Of a stretch of 64,000 bases of DNA, positions 49,011 to 57,440 are shown piece by piece. Positions within the stretch are counted from its first letter, which is position 1. Each line of letters opens with the position of its first letter. The stretch spans positions 47,143-111,142 of the IMG/VR virus record IMGVR_UViG_3300031784_000013. The stretch is one strand, 5' to 3'. Source of the DNA: a virus. The notes beneath the pieces were generated by a model. The model had not been told where the DNA came from, ran no database searches, and worked only from the letters and a program-made list of their open reading frames with translations. The position numbers were made by a program, and so were the translations under genes.

Positions 49011-49283
49011 CTAGCAGTTCCACTTTCTCAATGAGAGGGCTTTTCTTGTAGGCTTACCATTGGGCTTTTTCATAGGCCCTTTAACACCAGACATTCTAGC
49101 ACAGAAAGACTTGCGTCTCTTTGCAGGTTTGCTGTCTGGATCGAGTTTAGATGGCTTTGTTGTAACAGCCATCTTCAATTTACTTCCAGGATTAGCTCTT
49201 CTATACGAAGCAACACCTTTACGATTAAGACCACCTTTGGGATCTTTCCCTTCAGAGCGTGTCCAAGCTGCTGTCTTTGCCAT
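49011..49283 (-). CDS. DUF6321-like small basic protein
   Basis: GGLNRKG...RRKSFCARM.G...SLRKWNC. Confidence 0.75.
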   Translation of the reverse strand: MAKTAAWTRSEGKDPKGGLNRKGVASYRRANPGSKLKMAVTTKPSKLDPDSKPAKRRKSFCARMSGVKGPMKKPNGKPTRKALSLRKWNC

Positions 49284-49285
49284 GT

Positions 49286-49603
49286 CTATTTCTTTTTTCC
49301 TTTGTATTTATAATCAGGATTATCCTTGTGCCACTTCTTTGTAGAAGCCACACCCTGCTTAACTGTCTTTGCTCTACCTATCTTGGTGAGATTAATAGTG
49401 TCCCATTTTCCTTTATCCATTGTAGGATGGTTCACCATCACATCACCTTTCTTAGCTTCACCTGCATTCTTTGTAGCTTTATAAACTACATGGTTTTCTC
49501 CACCAGCTTTCACCTTCACCTTACCACCATTCTTTAGTGTAGAGCCCTTAAATAGTCCTTTCTTTTTAATGAGAGGACCATTTGGGACAGGAGTTGTTTT
49601 CAT
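49286..49603 (-). CDS. Lys-rich basic protein
   Basis: ORF track; LKNGGK motif. Confidence 0.65.
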   Translation of the reverse strand: MKTTPVPNGPLIKKKGLFKGSTLKNGGKVKVKAGGENHVVYKATKNAGEAKKGDVMVNHPTMDKGKWDTINLTKIGRAKTVKQGVASTKKWHKDNPDYKYKGKKK

Positions 49604-50034
49604 TTTTTCTTTATTAAATTCAAAGACTTCAATTTTCTAATAATCTCATTGGCTTCATCTTCAGCCATTGTTATTATTTCTTCTGATTTTTTTTCTGCAT
49701 CCCATTTGTATAAAAGAAGAGCCATGTGCATAGTTTCATGCATTATTGCAGTCTTCTGTTCATCAGCACTATATCTTTTAAATGTGCCCATGTTTAAAAA
49801 CAGGAAGGGTTTATAAGGATCTTTAGCTATTAACCTTTTATCTTCTGGATCATAATTTGTCAACCCATAGATATACACACCATTACCCTTAGTCTTATCA
49901 ATCTCTTCTGCTATAGCGTCTTTGAGATTGAGTCCATGCATTTTGTCAACATTGTAAAACTTAAATATGTCAGTGGCATCCTTGCCTATAACAAGGATGT
50001 ACTTACCCATATCAAAGTTTTTAATTTGATTCAT
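49600..50034 (-). CDS. Putative Zn metallopeptidase (HExxH)
   Basis: AIMHETMH followed by a downstream Glu (SEE). Confidence 0.55.
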   Translation of the reverse strand: MNQIKNFDMGKYILVIGKDATDIFKFYNVDKMHGLNLKDAIAEEIDKTKGNGVYIYGLTNYDPEDKRLIAKDPYKPFLFLNMGTFKRYSADEQKTAIMHETMHMALLLYKWDAEKKSEEIITMAEDEANEIIRKLKSLNLIKKK

Positions 50035-50411
50035 TACTTTTTATTCATCTTCTTTAGGGTCTGAGCAAGACGAGCTCTCTGACCTAGTTTACCACCCTTC
50101 TTAGCAGCAGCTGCAAGTTTACCAGCAGGGATTGGTTCACCCTTCTTAGCACCAAGTTGTGCACGTAGAGCTCCTGGCTTTTTGATAGCCTTCTGAATCC
50201 ACTTACCACCTTTAGCTTTTTCTACCTCACCACCTTTTTTCATCATCTTGGTAGCACCAAGTTCTTTATCTGGAGCGAGGCTCACTTTAGTTTTTGCATT
50301 AACTGGAGGCAAGTTTCTTTCTTGCACTTTAGTCCAAGCACCATCAGGATCAACAGGTCCTACACGTTTAGCTGATTTAACAACTCCACCAGCTTGCATT
50401 TTCTTTTTCAT
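50034..50411 (-). CDS. Lys-rich basic protein with xxxGG motifs
   Basis: MQAGG, MKKGG, AKGG; C-terminal WIQKAIKKPGALR...RARLAQTL domain. Confidence 0.7.
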   Translation of the reverse strand: MKKKMQAGGVVKSAKRVGPVDPDGAWTKVQERNLPPVNAKTKVSLAPDKELGATKMMKKGGEVEKAKGGKWIQKAIKKPGALRAQLGAKKGEPIPAGKLAAAAKKGGKLGQRARLAQTLKKMNKK

Positions 50412-50560
50412 TTCTTTTTAGATTTGGATTTAATCTTCTTCTCTTGTTTGAGCATAGCAGCAGTGGGTTTTTTCCCACTGCCTTTATTTGCTCTAATGTT
50501 ATCCCACAACCCACGTTGTGAAACTGAGCCATCAGCTCGTTTAATCATTTCCTTCTTCAT
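50408..50560 (-). CDS. Small basic protein, 50 aa (MKKEMIKRADGSVSQRGLWDNIRANKGSGKKP...)
   Basis: Hand-translated; fills the gap with an ATGA overlap. Confidence 0.65.
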   Translation of the reverse strand: MKKEMIKRADGSVSQRGLWDNIRANKGSGKKPTAAMLKQEKKIKSKSKKK

Positions 50561-50792
50561 CGTTGTTAACACTAAGCTGTGTTGGAGCTGGTTTAATTTT
50601 ACCCTCTTCTACACTCTTTGCCATGACATTATCAAGAGCTGAATTAGCTTTGTCAGCAAGAATGATTGCAGGAGCTTCTGGAAGGTTGAGAATGCTTCTT
50701 ACAGCATTAACTACGATTGCAAATTCCTGACCAGTTAGTTCAATTTTCTCATCTGGAGACCAGACGTACTTTTGTGTTGGATCGTAAGACAT
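50541..50792 (-). CDS. Hypothetical protein
   Basis: ORF track. Confidence 0.65.
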   Translation of the reverse strand: MSYDPTQKYVWSPDEKIELTGQEFAIVVNAVRSILNLPEAPAIILADKANSALDNVMAKSVEEGKIKPAPTQLSVNNDEEGND

Positions 50793-50806
50793 AATTGTTT
50801 TTTGGT

Positions 50807-51091
50807 TTATAAAATGATTTCAAATGATATTGAGCCCGTTGTCTTGATACTTTTTGAAAGATTCAATCTAATGTTATAGATGTTGTGAAACTTCAATATC
50901 TCCTCAAGTAACATTTCTATATACTTAGGATGACTAGGGGCAAGTCTGAATTGATAGGAATGTGGGTTCTTTGTTATTTGCAAGGCAGAAAGCTCATCGA
51001 TAGAGTCAATCATACCCTCTAGTCTTGCAAAGTAGATCATGTCGTTATCCTGCATGATCTCTGGAAAGAACTTTTTTACTATCTCCATCAA
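50807..51091 (-). CDS. Hypothetical protein
   Basis: ORF track. Confidence 0.6.
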   Translation of the reverse strand: MMEIVKKFFPEIMQDNDMIYFARLEGMIDSIDELSALQITKNPHSYQFRLAPSHPKYIEMLLEEILKFHNIYNIRLNLSKSIKTTGSISFEIIL

Positions 51092-51501
51092 GATAAAGTT
51101 AGCAAATATTTTGTTTTTGCAGCTTCTCCAGACAAAGCATCTGCAAGATTTGCTATGTCATGATAGCTATTAATCTCTGCGTATGACTTTAGAGAAGAAG
51201 CGTATGCCATCAATTCGCTCACCACAGCTTCAGCAGATGTAGTCATGATTGGATCAATCTTCATGGACGTAGGTCTTCTGCCTGTATAGCCCATTAGTTT
51301 CTCAATCAATCCATCTTTGAAGTCATGTACATAATCATACAAGCCACCAAGAGCTTGATGCTCTGCGTAACTTGTAGTTTGCCAATGCAACAAATGTAGT
51401 TGCTCGTGGAAGTGAGTTAGCTTAGAAGCAATGGATTCGAGAGTCATCCCTCCTCCATTGCCTTTGCTAATCATTTCCTCTGGAAATAAGGATTTTGCCA
51501 T
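51088..51501 (-). CDS. Ferritin/Dps-like four-helix protein (DUF5856-like); probable start MAKSLF
   Basis: LHLLHWQT.SYAEH.ALG..Y...D.LIE..MG...KTKYLLTL. Confidence 0.78.
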   Translation of the reverse strand: MAKSLFPEEMISKGNGGGMTLESIASKLTHFHEQLHLLHWQTTSYAEHQALGGLYDYVHDFKDGLIEKLMGYTGRRPTSMKIDPIMTTSAEAVVSELMAYASSLKSYAEINSYHDIANLADALSGEAAKTKYLLTLS

Positions 51502-51740
51502 TATCCTGCGGATGTAGTAGTTGTTGTAGTTGTTGGCGCAGCTGTAGTCGTTGTAGTTGTTGTAGGTGCAGCTGTTGTTGTAGTGGTGGTAGTTGGAGCG
51601 CAGCATTCGTATGCTGGAACCTCTACCCAATTACCCACTTTAGGCTTCTGTCTTCTTAAGATCAAGCTACCTGCTACTACACGTCCGCCACCATCGTAAC
51701 GTACGTACGCTTTCAAGTCTTTTCTGTTGTAAGCTCCCAT
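51501..51740 (-). CDS. Small protein with mucin-like (APTTTTTTTA)x3 tail
   Basis: LKAYVRYDG.GRVVAGSLILR..KPKVG.W.E...YECC then three poly-Thr runs. Confidence 0.8.
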   Translation of the reverse strand: MGAYNRKDLKAYVRYDGGGRVVAGSLILRRQKPKVGNWVEVPAYECCAPTTTTTTTAAPTTTTTTTAAPTTTTTTTSAG

Positions 51741-51752
51741 AATTTTTTACGG

Positions 51753-52769
51753 TTAATAGTTAAGGTTATATTTATTTTTCAGTTCTTTAATTTTATTTGC
51801 ATAGAACCACGTGCAATATTTTTGAGATTGCTCATCGTTTAGAATTGCATCTAGATGAGGATCTTGTGTTGGATCACCTCCGTTGTGATATTTCCCTTTG
51901 TAGAAGCAATGGTATGTTCCGTTGTGCGTAGATACAATGCCTGCATTGTGAAATAACGTATTCTCTTCAAGTCTTTCAATAGGATCAGTAGCCCAAGAGA
52001 AGTTCATTTCATTAATCACTTTTGTCTCTTGTCCTCTAAACCATAGATTCCAAAGTACTCCCCACATATCTGCACACCAGCTTTGAAATCCTGTATTCTC
52101 ATTCTCAAAGAAGTCTCTGTTCACTTTCTGTAGGTAGGTTCTGATCAATAAAGAATCATTCATAACCTTGTTCCAGAATGTAGCATCAACATCTTTGAGG
52201 AAGTATTGAGCTCCTCCTGAGTGTTCGTTGTTGTCGTAAGCCACTTGCTTATCAACACCAACCAGGCTCATCACTTCTCCAAGAATATCTCTAGTCTTGT
52301 ATTCTTCCAACTTATTTGGAAGCACATCTTTCTCTTTACTTTCAAAGTAGGTTGCATTAATATAACTATTTGTGTTTGACAAATAGCAAATGTCATCCTG
52401 TGTATAATCATCTACATTGAAATTCTTTGTGAACAACACATCAGAATCGCAATAGAATATCGCTTTGTTACTCAACTCTGGATTAGCCTTGAAGTGCTTC
52501 CACAGTGTCCAAGGTCTTAGAATTGGGATGTATATAGGTAGATATTTATCTAGCTCACCCTCATCTTGATAGAAATGAAACTCTGCTTCTGGATAGAGAG
52601 CAATAATTTGTTCCCATTTTGTGTTCTTTGCTCTATTTGTTGGAATGTAAATAAGAACAATCGCCTTATCAGAGTGTCCTATCTCTTTAAGACTTTCCAA
52701 CCACAGATGCACTTGCCATGTAAAATAAGTGTCATCTGGCTGAACGCAGATAAATCTAAGATCCTTCAT
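51753..52769 (-). CDS. GT-A glycosyltransferase resembling plant peptidyl O-glycosyltransferases (HPAT GT95 / SGT1 GT96)
   Basis: YFTWQ, YIPILRPW, FYCDSD (DxD) and SWCADMW motifs in the same order as in HPAT/SGT1. Confidence 0.6.
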   Translation of the reverse strand: MKDLRFICVQPDDTYFTWQVHLWLESLKEIGHSDKAIVLIYIPTNRAKNTKWEQIIALYPEAEFHFYQDEGELDKYLPIYIPILRPWTLWKHFKANPELSNKAIFYCDSDVLFTKNFNVDDYTQDDICYLSNTNSYINATYFESKEKDVLPNKLEEYKTRDILGEVMSLVGVDKQVAYDNNEHSGGAQYFLKDVDATFWNKVMNDSLLIRTYLQKVNRDFFENENTGFQSWCADMWGVLWNLWFRGQETKVINEMNFSWATDPIERLEENTLFHNAGIVSTHNGTYHCFYKGKYHNGGDPTQDPHLDAILNDEQSQKYCTWFYANKIKELKNKYNLNY

Positions 52770-52799
52770 ATGTAGTTGTATTGGTTTTTGGTTTCTCTA

Positions 52800-52943
52800 T
52801 TAAGGAGCAGCTGTAGTAGTGGTTGTGGTGGTACTAGTGCTTAAACTAGCAGTCACCTTAATCAACTGGTCAAGCTGATTTGAGATTTGCCAAAGAAGAT
52901 TGCTCTCCTGGCTCCATCCTATTTGTTTATTTGGAATGCCCAT
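52800..52943 (-). CDS. 47-aa protein MGIPNKQIGWSQESNLLWQISNQLDQLIKVTASLSTSTTTTTTTAAP
   Basis: Hand-translated; N-terminus nearly identical to that of 52946..54130; poly-Thr tail. Confidence 0.8.
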   Translation of the reverse strand: MGIPNKQIGWSQESNLLWQISNQLDQLIKVTASLSTSTTTTTTTAAP

Positions 52944-52945
52944 TG

Positions 52946-54130
52946 TTAATAAGTTTTATTCAATATGAAAATATCACTGTATATACTGTTTCCTGTACTT
53001 GCTGCACCCCACTGAAGGGTAACATCTAACGTATTACTAATTGTTGTATTAAAGGTAGTGCTATTGACCGTGTTGAATGCAAAACCTTCAACTACACCAT
53101 TCACTGTTTTAGTATAATGGAATCCACCTAGAGTGACAATTGATGCTACACCAGCAGCCCCTAGTTGTCTAATAGTGAAATCTATATTCAAATTAAACAC
53201 ATTATTTGTGATGTTCGTAATAGGTTGAGCTCCACTGTCAAGAAAAATTACAGAACCTGACTTTACTCTAACTCTTATTGTTTGATTATTTGTAGCAGTT
53301 AGAAGTCCACCAAATACAGCTCTAAAGCTATCTCCTACAGAGAATCCATTAGCAGGAACAGTAAGAGTTCCTACACCACCATTGATCAAGCTAGTTTCTG
53401 TAGTGGTGTTAGTGATTATAGTGCTGTTTGCTGTCTGAGCAAATAGTCCATAATTTGCTGATCCTGGAAGTGTTGGTGATGTTCCTGAAGATCCGCTTGT
53501 ACCAGCTGAACCTGAAGTTCCTGATGAACCATCAAGGCCATTTAATAAAATCCAACCACTAAGTGAAGATGGTTCATTTGTATTATTATTTATGGTTGAT
53601 TGGTATGAAAATAAACCATCTATAACCATATCACCATTCATATAAGTTGTTCCCGATACATAAGCACCTTTGAATGGAGATGTTCCTGATGTCCCCCTAG
53701 TACCTGATGTTCCAGAAGTACCAGAAGATCCATCTCCACCAGCTGCTCCATCTAGGTTAACAGTCCATGAAGAATATGTTCCACTTCCTGTAACAGTAAC
53801 AGGACCACCAACCACCATTACACCAGTGTTGATGTCATAGCTTACAACTGTACAAGTTTGGTGGTTACCAACATTGTAAGTTATAATAATATCTTGAGCA
53901 GGAGTGTAAGCTAGGCCAGGTTCTACGACAATTGTTGTAGTTACACCTAATGTAAACTCAGTGGTGGAGGTAGTTCTAAATCTATCACCATCATATCCAG
54001 ATGTGCCAGACGTGCCACTAGTACCAGAAATGGTACATAGTTGACAAGAAGCTTTGTCTAACTGCTTTGATATTTGCCAAAGCAAGTTAGATTCTTGACT
54101 CCAACCAATTTGTTTGTTAGGTACACCCAT
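52946..54130 (-). CDS. Fibre/decoration protein with Gly-Thr-Ser collagen-like repeats and CBM5/12-like module
   Basis: Three (SGT)n blocks; FKGAYVSGTTY..GDMV...W module; beta-rich C-terminus. Confidence 0.7.
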   Translation of the reverse strand: MGVPNKQIGWSQESNLLWQISKQLDKASCQLCTISGTSGTSGTSGYDGDRFRTTSTTEFTLGVTTTIVVEPGLAYTPAQDIIITYNVGNHQTCTVVSYDINTGVMVVGGPVTVTGSGTYSSWTVNLDGAAGGDGSSGTSGTSGTRGTSGTSPFKGAYVSGTTYMNGDMVIDGLFSYQSTINNNTNEPSSLSGWILLNGLDGSSGTSGSAGTSGSSGTSPTLPGSANYGLFAQTANSTIITNTTTETSLINGGVGTLTVPANGFSVGDSFRAVFGGLLTATNNQTIRVRVKSGSVIFLDSGAQPITNITNNVFNLNIDFTIRQLGAAGVASIVTLGGFHYTKTVNGVVEGFAFNTVNSTTFNTTISNTLDVTLQWGAASTGNSIYSDIFILNKTY

Positions 54131-54132
54131 GA

Positions 54133-54261
54133 TTATCTTCCCTGTCCTCTATATTTACTAACTTTTTTACCTTTTGGTGTATTCATGTTCCTGGCTTTTC
54201 CAAGTCTTCTTTTACCAAAAGATATCTTACGTTCTACTGCTGCAACTTTAGCCTTTGCCAT
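54133..54261 (-). CDS. Small basic protein, 42 aa ending KYRGQGR
   Basis: Hand-translated; YRGQG C-terminus is a common phage small-protein motif. Confidence 0.7.
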   Translation of the reverse strand: MAKAKVAAVERKISFGKRRLGKARNMNTPKGKKVSKYRGQGR

Positions 54262-54317
54262 TATTTTCTCGAATCTAAATTAATTTTTTGAATATTCAAA
54301 CTCTAACTTGTTGATTA

Positions 54318-54590
54318 TCATTCCTCAATACTGTGGGATGATTTGTTCATCACTGAACTATATGTTGTTAATGAGAGAAGGGCTGCAATCAATCCAGCTT
54401 CTATACCAAGTAGTAGGGCTGCATCAGCGTATGATTTCCCTGCTTCCCAGTTCATAACTATGTGATGAAAGTTTTTCACAAGATCTAGTGCAAAGAGTAA
54501 TGATAAAAACCTTCGTATTGAAAACTTACTATCATTACCCAGCCACATGGGTTCTACGTATTTGAAAACTTTAACTATTATTCTTATCAT
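54318..54590 (-). CDS. Holin-like membrane protein
   Basis: Two hydrophobic segments, S.RR motif. Confidence 0.5.
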   Translation of the reverse strand: MIRIIVKVFKYVEPMWLGNDSKFSIRRFLSLLFALDLVKNFHHIVMNWEAGKSYADAALLLGIEAGLIAALLSLTTYSSVMNKSSHSIEE

Positions 54591-54907
54591 GTAAAGTTGT
54601 TCAGTATTCTGCCAAGTTGATCAACCAACATTAGTGCACCAACCACTATACCAACCGTCCAAGCAACTCTTTTCTTAAACTCTTCTTGCTTCTCCACCTT
54701 TTCTTCAAGCGTCTCAATCTTTGTTTTGAGTGCGTTAATCTCTTCTACAAAACCACCAGATTTTGTTAAAGGATTACCTAGGATAGCATCCACCACTTGA
54801 GTCAGTTTTCCATCAATGGAAGACATTTTTTCTTCCAAGTCATAAAGACGCTGGTCCATACTTTTTAATTCGTTGTTAATTTGCTGCTGATAGGCTTCTG
54901 TTGCCAT
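54587..54907 (-). CDS. Coiled-coil protein with C-terminal TM (holin/XhlA-like); probable start MATEAYQ
   Basis: Heptad pattern then hydrophobic tail. Confidence 0.55.
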   Translation of the reverse strand: MATEAYQQQINNELKSMDQRLYDLEEKMSSIDGKLTQVVDAILGNPLTKSGGFVEEINALKTKIETLEEKVEKQEEFKKRVAWTVGIVVGALMLVDQLGRILNNFT

Positions 54908-55011
54908 GATTAAATCATTTTGTTGTGGTTTGGAAACAACAAAGCACACCCCTGGGGAGGTGTGCTATGGAGTTTTTGGTTGGACGATTATTCAATTCTG
55001 GCGAATAGTAG

Positions 55012-55043
55012 TAAATTTAAAACATGTATTGATAACTACCAAA
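55012..55043 (-). promoter_or_regulatory. Bacteroidota-type promoter TTTG-N20-TAAATTTA
   Basis: Plus strand TAAATTTA 55012-55019 and CAAA 55040-55043 at the head of the minus-strand operon. Confidence 0.45.
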
Positions 55044-55079
55044 AATTCATATATTTAATTCCTAAAAACCAATACGTAA

Positions 55080-57245
55080 GTGATTAATATAGAGAAAAGT
55101 AGAATTGAATTCTTAGAAGAACCATTCGACCAAACTACTAGTGAGGAGGAAAAATTTAAAATCTTATACCTAGCTCCACATCTATCAACAGGTGGTATGC
55201 CATCAGTGCTACTCAAGAGAATACAAGCTTTTGAGGGACTTGATTCAGATATTATTGTTGTTGAGTATTCTAATCACAGCGATGAATACGTTGTGCAGAA
55301 GAATGAAATCAAGAAGCTTGCTACAAAGATGTACACACTTGGTGAGAACAAGATGGAGCTCATAGACATCATCAAGAGACACAATATAGATATTGTACAT
55401 GTTGAAGAGATGGTTGAGGATGGTGTCAATAACTTCCCCATAGAACTTGTCAATGAGCTCTACGATAACGACAGAACTTGGAAGATTGTGGAGACATGTC
55501 ACAATGTTTATTTCAAGCCTGACATAGAAAAGAAGTATCATCCTGATGCTTATGTGTTCTGTACACCATATCACCTACAGACATTTGAGAACATGCCTTC
55601 TCAGAAGTTTGTTCTAGAATATCCAATAGAGAATAAAATTCCGTCAAAAGCAGAAAAGCTTTATGAAAAGATTATGCTTGGTATGGACCCACAGAAGAAG
55701 CATGTACTAAACGTAGGACTGTGGACACAAGGAAAGAATCAGGGAGAAGGTGTTGAGATAGCAAGACAACTTCCTGATATGGAGTTTCACTTTGTAGGAA
55801 ACCAAGCAATCAACTTCAAACACTATTGGGAACCATTGATGGTTGATCTACCAGCTAATGTACATGTGTGGGGAGAACGTAGTGATGTTGATAAGTTTAT
55901 GACAGCCTGTGACATCTTCATGTTTAACTCTACATGGGAATGCAATCCGTTGGTTGTTCGTCAAGCAGCTAGTCATGGTTTACCAATACTAGCAAGGGAT
56001 CTTCCTCAGTATTGTGGAATGTTTGATGATTGGATTACGCCCTTGAAAGAAGATGATGTATTGAATCAACTTCTATCAATCACCGCACCAACCAAGAAAC
56101 CAATTAGCGAAGCACTATTTAACTTCAAGGTGGCTCAGATGATGATTTATAATGCCGTCTTCACTAATGATATGATGCTTCAGAAGATGAATCTAAATTT
56201 CAACTTTGTCAGACAACCGTTTCTAGAAATCACTGGTAGATCAAATAAAGAATACAGGACAAAGTTCTATGATGAAAACGACATTTGTCTCTACGAGAAT
56301 ACAATAAAAGCAAATCATTGGGTGAAGGCCAATAGACAGTGGTTTACAGAATGGAAGGTCAAAGTGTGGGAGAATGACAAACTCATACATGATTACAAGC
56401 TTGACTATACTGATCAACGTGTCTACATATCACTAGAAAGCTCTTCTCTAGGAGATAGCATAGCGTGGATTCCGTATGTAGAGGAGTTCAGAAAAAAGCA
56501 CAACTGTCATGTTATTGTCAGCACGTTCAAGAACTTCTTGTTTGAGAGTGTGTATCCAGAGCTAGAGTTTGTTGAGCCTGGAACAGTGGTGAATAACATC
56601 TTTGGAATGTATTTGATAGGATGGTTTTACGATAGCTCTAGAGAACCAGTGGAACCAAACACTATTCCTCTACAGAAGGCAGCTACAAACATCTTAGGGC
56701 TTGAGTATAAAGAGATTAAGCCTAGGATTGCACACACTGTTTGTAACAAATTTGATAATAAATTTGTTACAATCGCTACCAACTCAACAGCTGGTTGTAA
56801 GTTCTGGACTAGAGAAGCTTGGCAAAAATTGATTAACTATCTCACTGCAAAAGGATACAGAGTGATCAATGTTTCACTAGAGGACAACCCATTTGAAAAC
56901 TGTGAACCTTTAGAAGACAAATCGATGCAGAACACTATGGATGCTATTGCCTGTAGCCAATTCTTCATAGGACTATCTAGTGGACTGTCATGGTTAGCGT
57001 GGGCACTCAATGTTCCTGTTGTAATGATTGCAAACTTCACAGAAGACAATCATGAGTTTGAGTGCATACGAGTGACAAAAAAGAATGTGTGTCACGGATG
57101 CTGGAACAGCTCTAAGTACAGATTTGATAAAGGAGACTGGAACTGGTGTCCTGTACACAAGGGTACAGATAGAATGTTTGAGTGTCAGACAAGCATAGTT
57201 GCAAGTGATGTGATCAGTTTAATTGAAGATCACTCACTTGTCTAG
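55080..57245 (+). CDS. GT4-like glycosyltransferase fused to Aah/TibC-family (autotransporter) protein O-heptosyltransferase
   Basis: N-half PHLSTGGMP...K.Q...SxWECNP (GT-B); C-half SSLGDSIAW catalytic-Asp motif, FIGLSSGLSWLAWA, and four Fe-binding-type Cys in CHGCW...WNWCP...FEC. Confidence 0.85.
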   Translation: MINIEKSRIEFLEEPFDQTTSEEEKFKILYLAPHLSTGGMPSVLLKRIQAFEGLDSDIIVVEYSNHSDEYVVQKNEIKKLATKMYTLGENKMELIDIIKRHNIDIVHVEEMVEDGVNNFPIELVNELYDNDRTWKIVETCHNVYFKPDIEKKYHPDAYVFCTPYHLQTFENMPSQKFVLEYPIENKIPSKAEKLYEKIMLGMDPQKKHVLNVGLWTQGKNQGEGVEIARQLPDMEFHFVGNQAINFKHYWEPLMVDLPANVHVWGERSDVDKFMTACDIFMFNSTWECNPLVVRQAASHGLPILARDLPQYCGMFDDWITPLKEDDVLNQLLSITAPTKKPISEALFNFKVAQMMIYNAVFTNDMMLQKMNLNFNFVRQPFLEITGRSNKEYRTKFYDENDICLYENTIKANHWVKANRQWFTEWKVKVWENDKLIHDYKLDYTDQRVYISLESSSLGDSIAWIPYVEEFRKKHNCHVIVSTFKNFLFESVYPELEFVEPGTVVNNIFGMYLIGWFYDSSREPVEPNTIPLQKAATNILGLEYKEIKPRIAHTVCNKFDNKFVTIATNSTAGCKFWTREAWQKLINYLTAKGYRVINVSLEDNPFENCEPLEDKSMQNTMDAIACSQFFIGLSSGLSWLAWALNVPVVMIANFTEDNHEFECIRVTKKNVCHGCWNSSKYRFDKGDWNWCPVHKGTDRMFECQTSIVASDVISLIEDHSLV

Positions 57246-57440
57246 TCCATACTTAATCCACTTGTACCAGATTCTCTCATGAATAAAGTATTGCAGGGGT
57301 TTCCATAGTAATTCAACTATGCTAAACCCTGCACTTACAGATATCGATCCTGTAATAAACCACATTGCACAGAAGCCAATGGCTGTACTAATTATTCTGT
57401 AGCTTATAGTTTTGGCAATGTGTCGTTTATAACTTACCAT
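57234..57440 (-). CDS. DUF2061 small membrane protein
   Basis: RH.AKT.SYR...K...YF.HER.W. Confidence 0.8.
   Translation of the reverse strand: MVSYKRHIAKTISYRIISTAIGFCAMWFITGSISVSAGFSIVELLWKPLQYFIHERIWYKWIKYGLDK

Noticed and set aside
51502-51630. Y/N-rich N-terminal extension of the ferritin-like ORF
   Set aside because: It is an alternative-frame reading of the poly-Thr gene; the true start is probably ATG 51501
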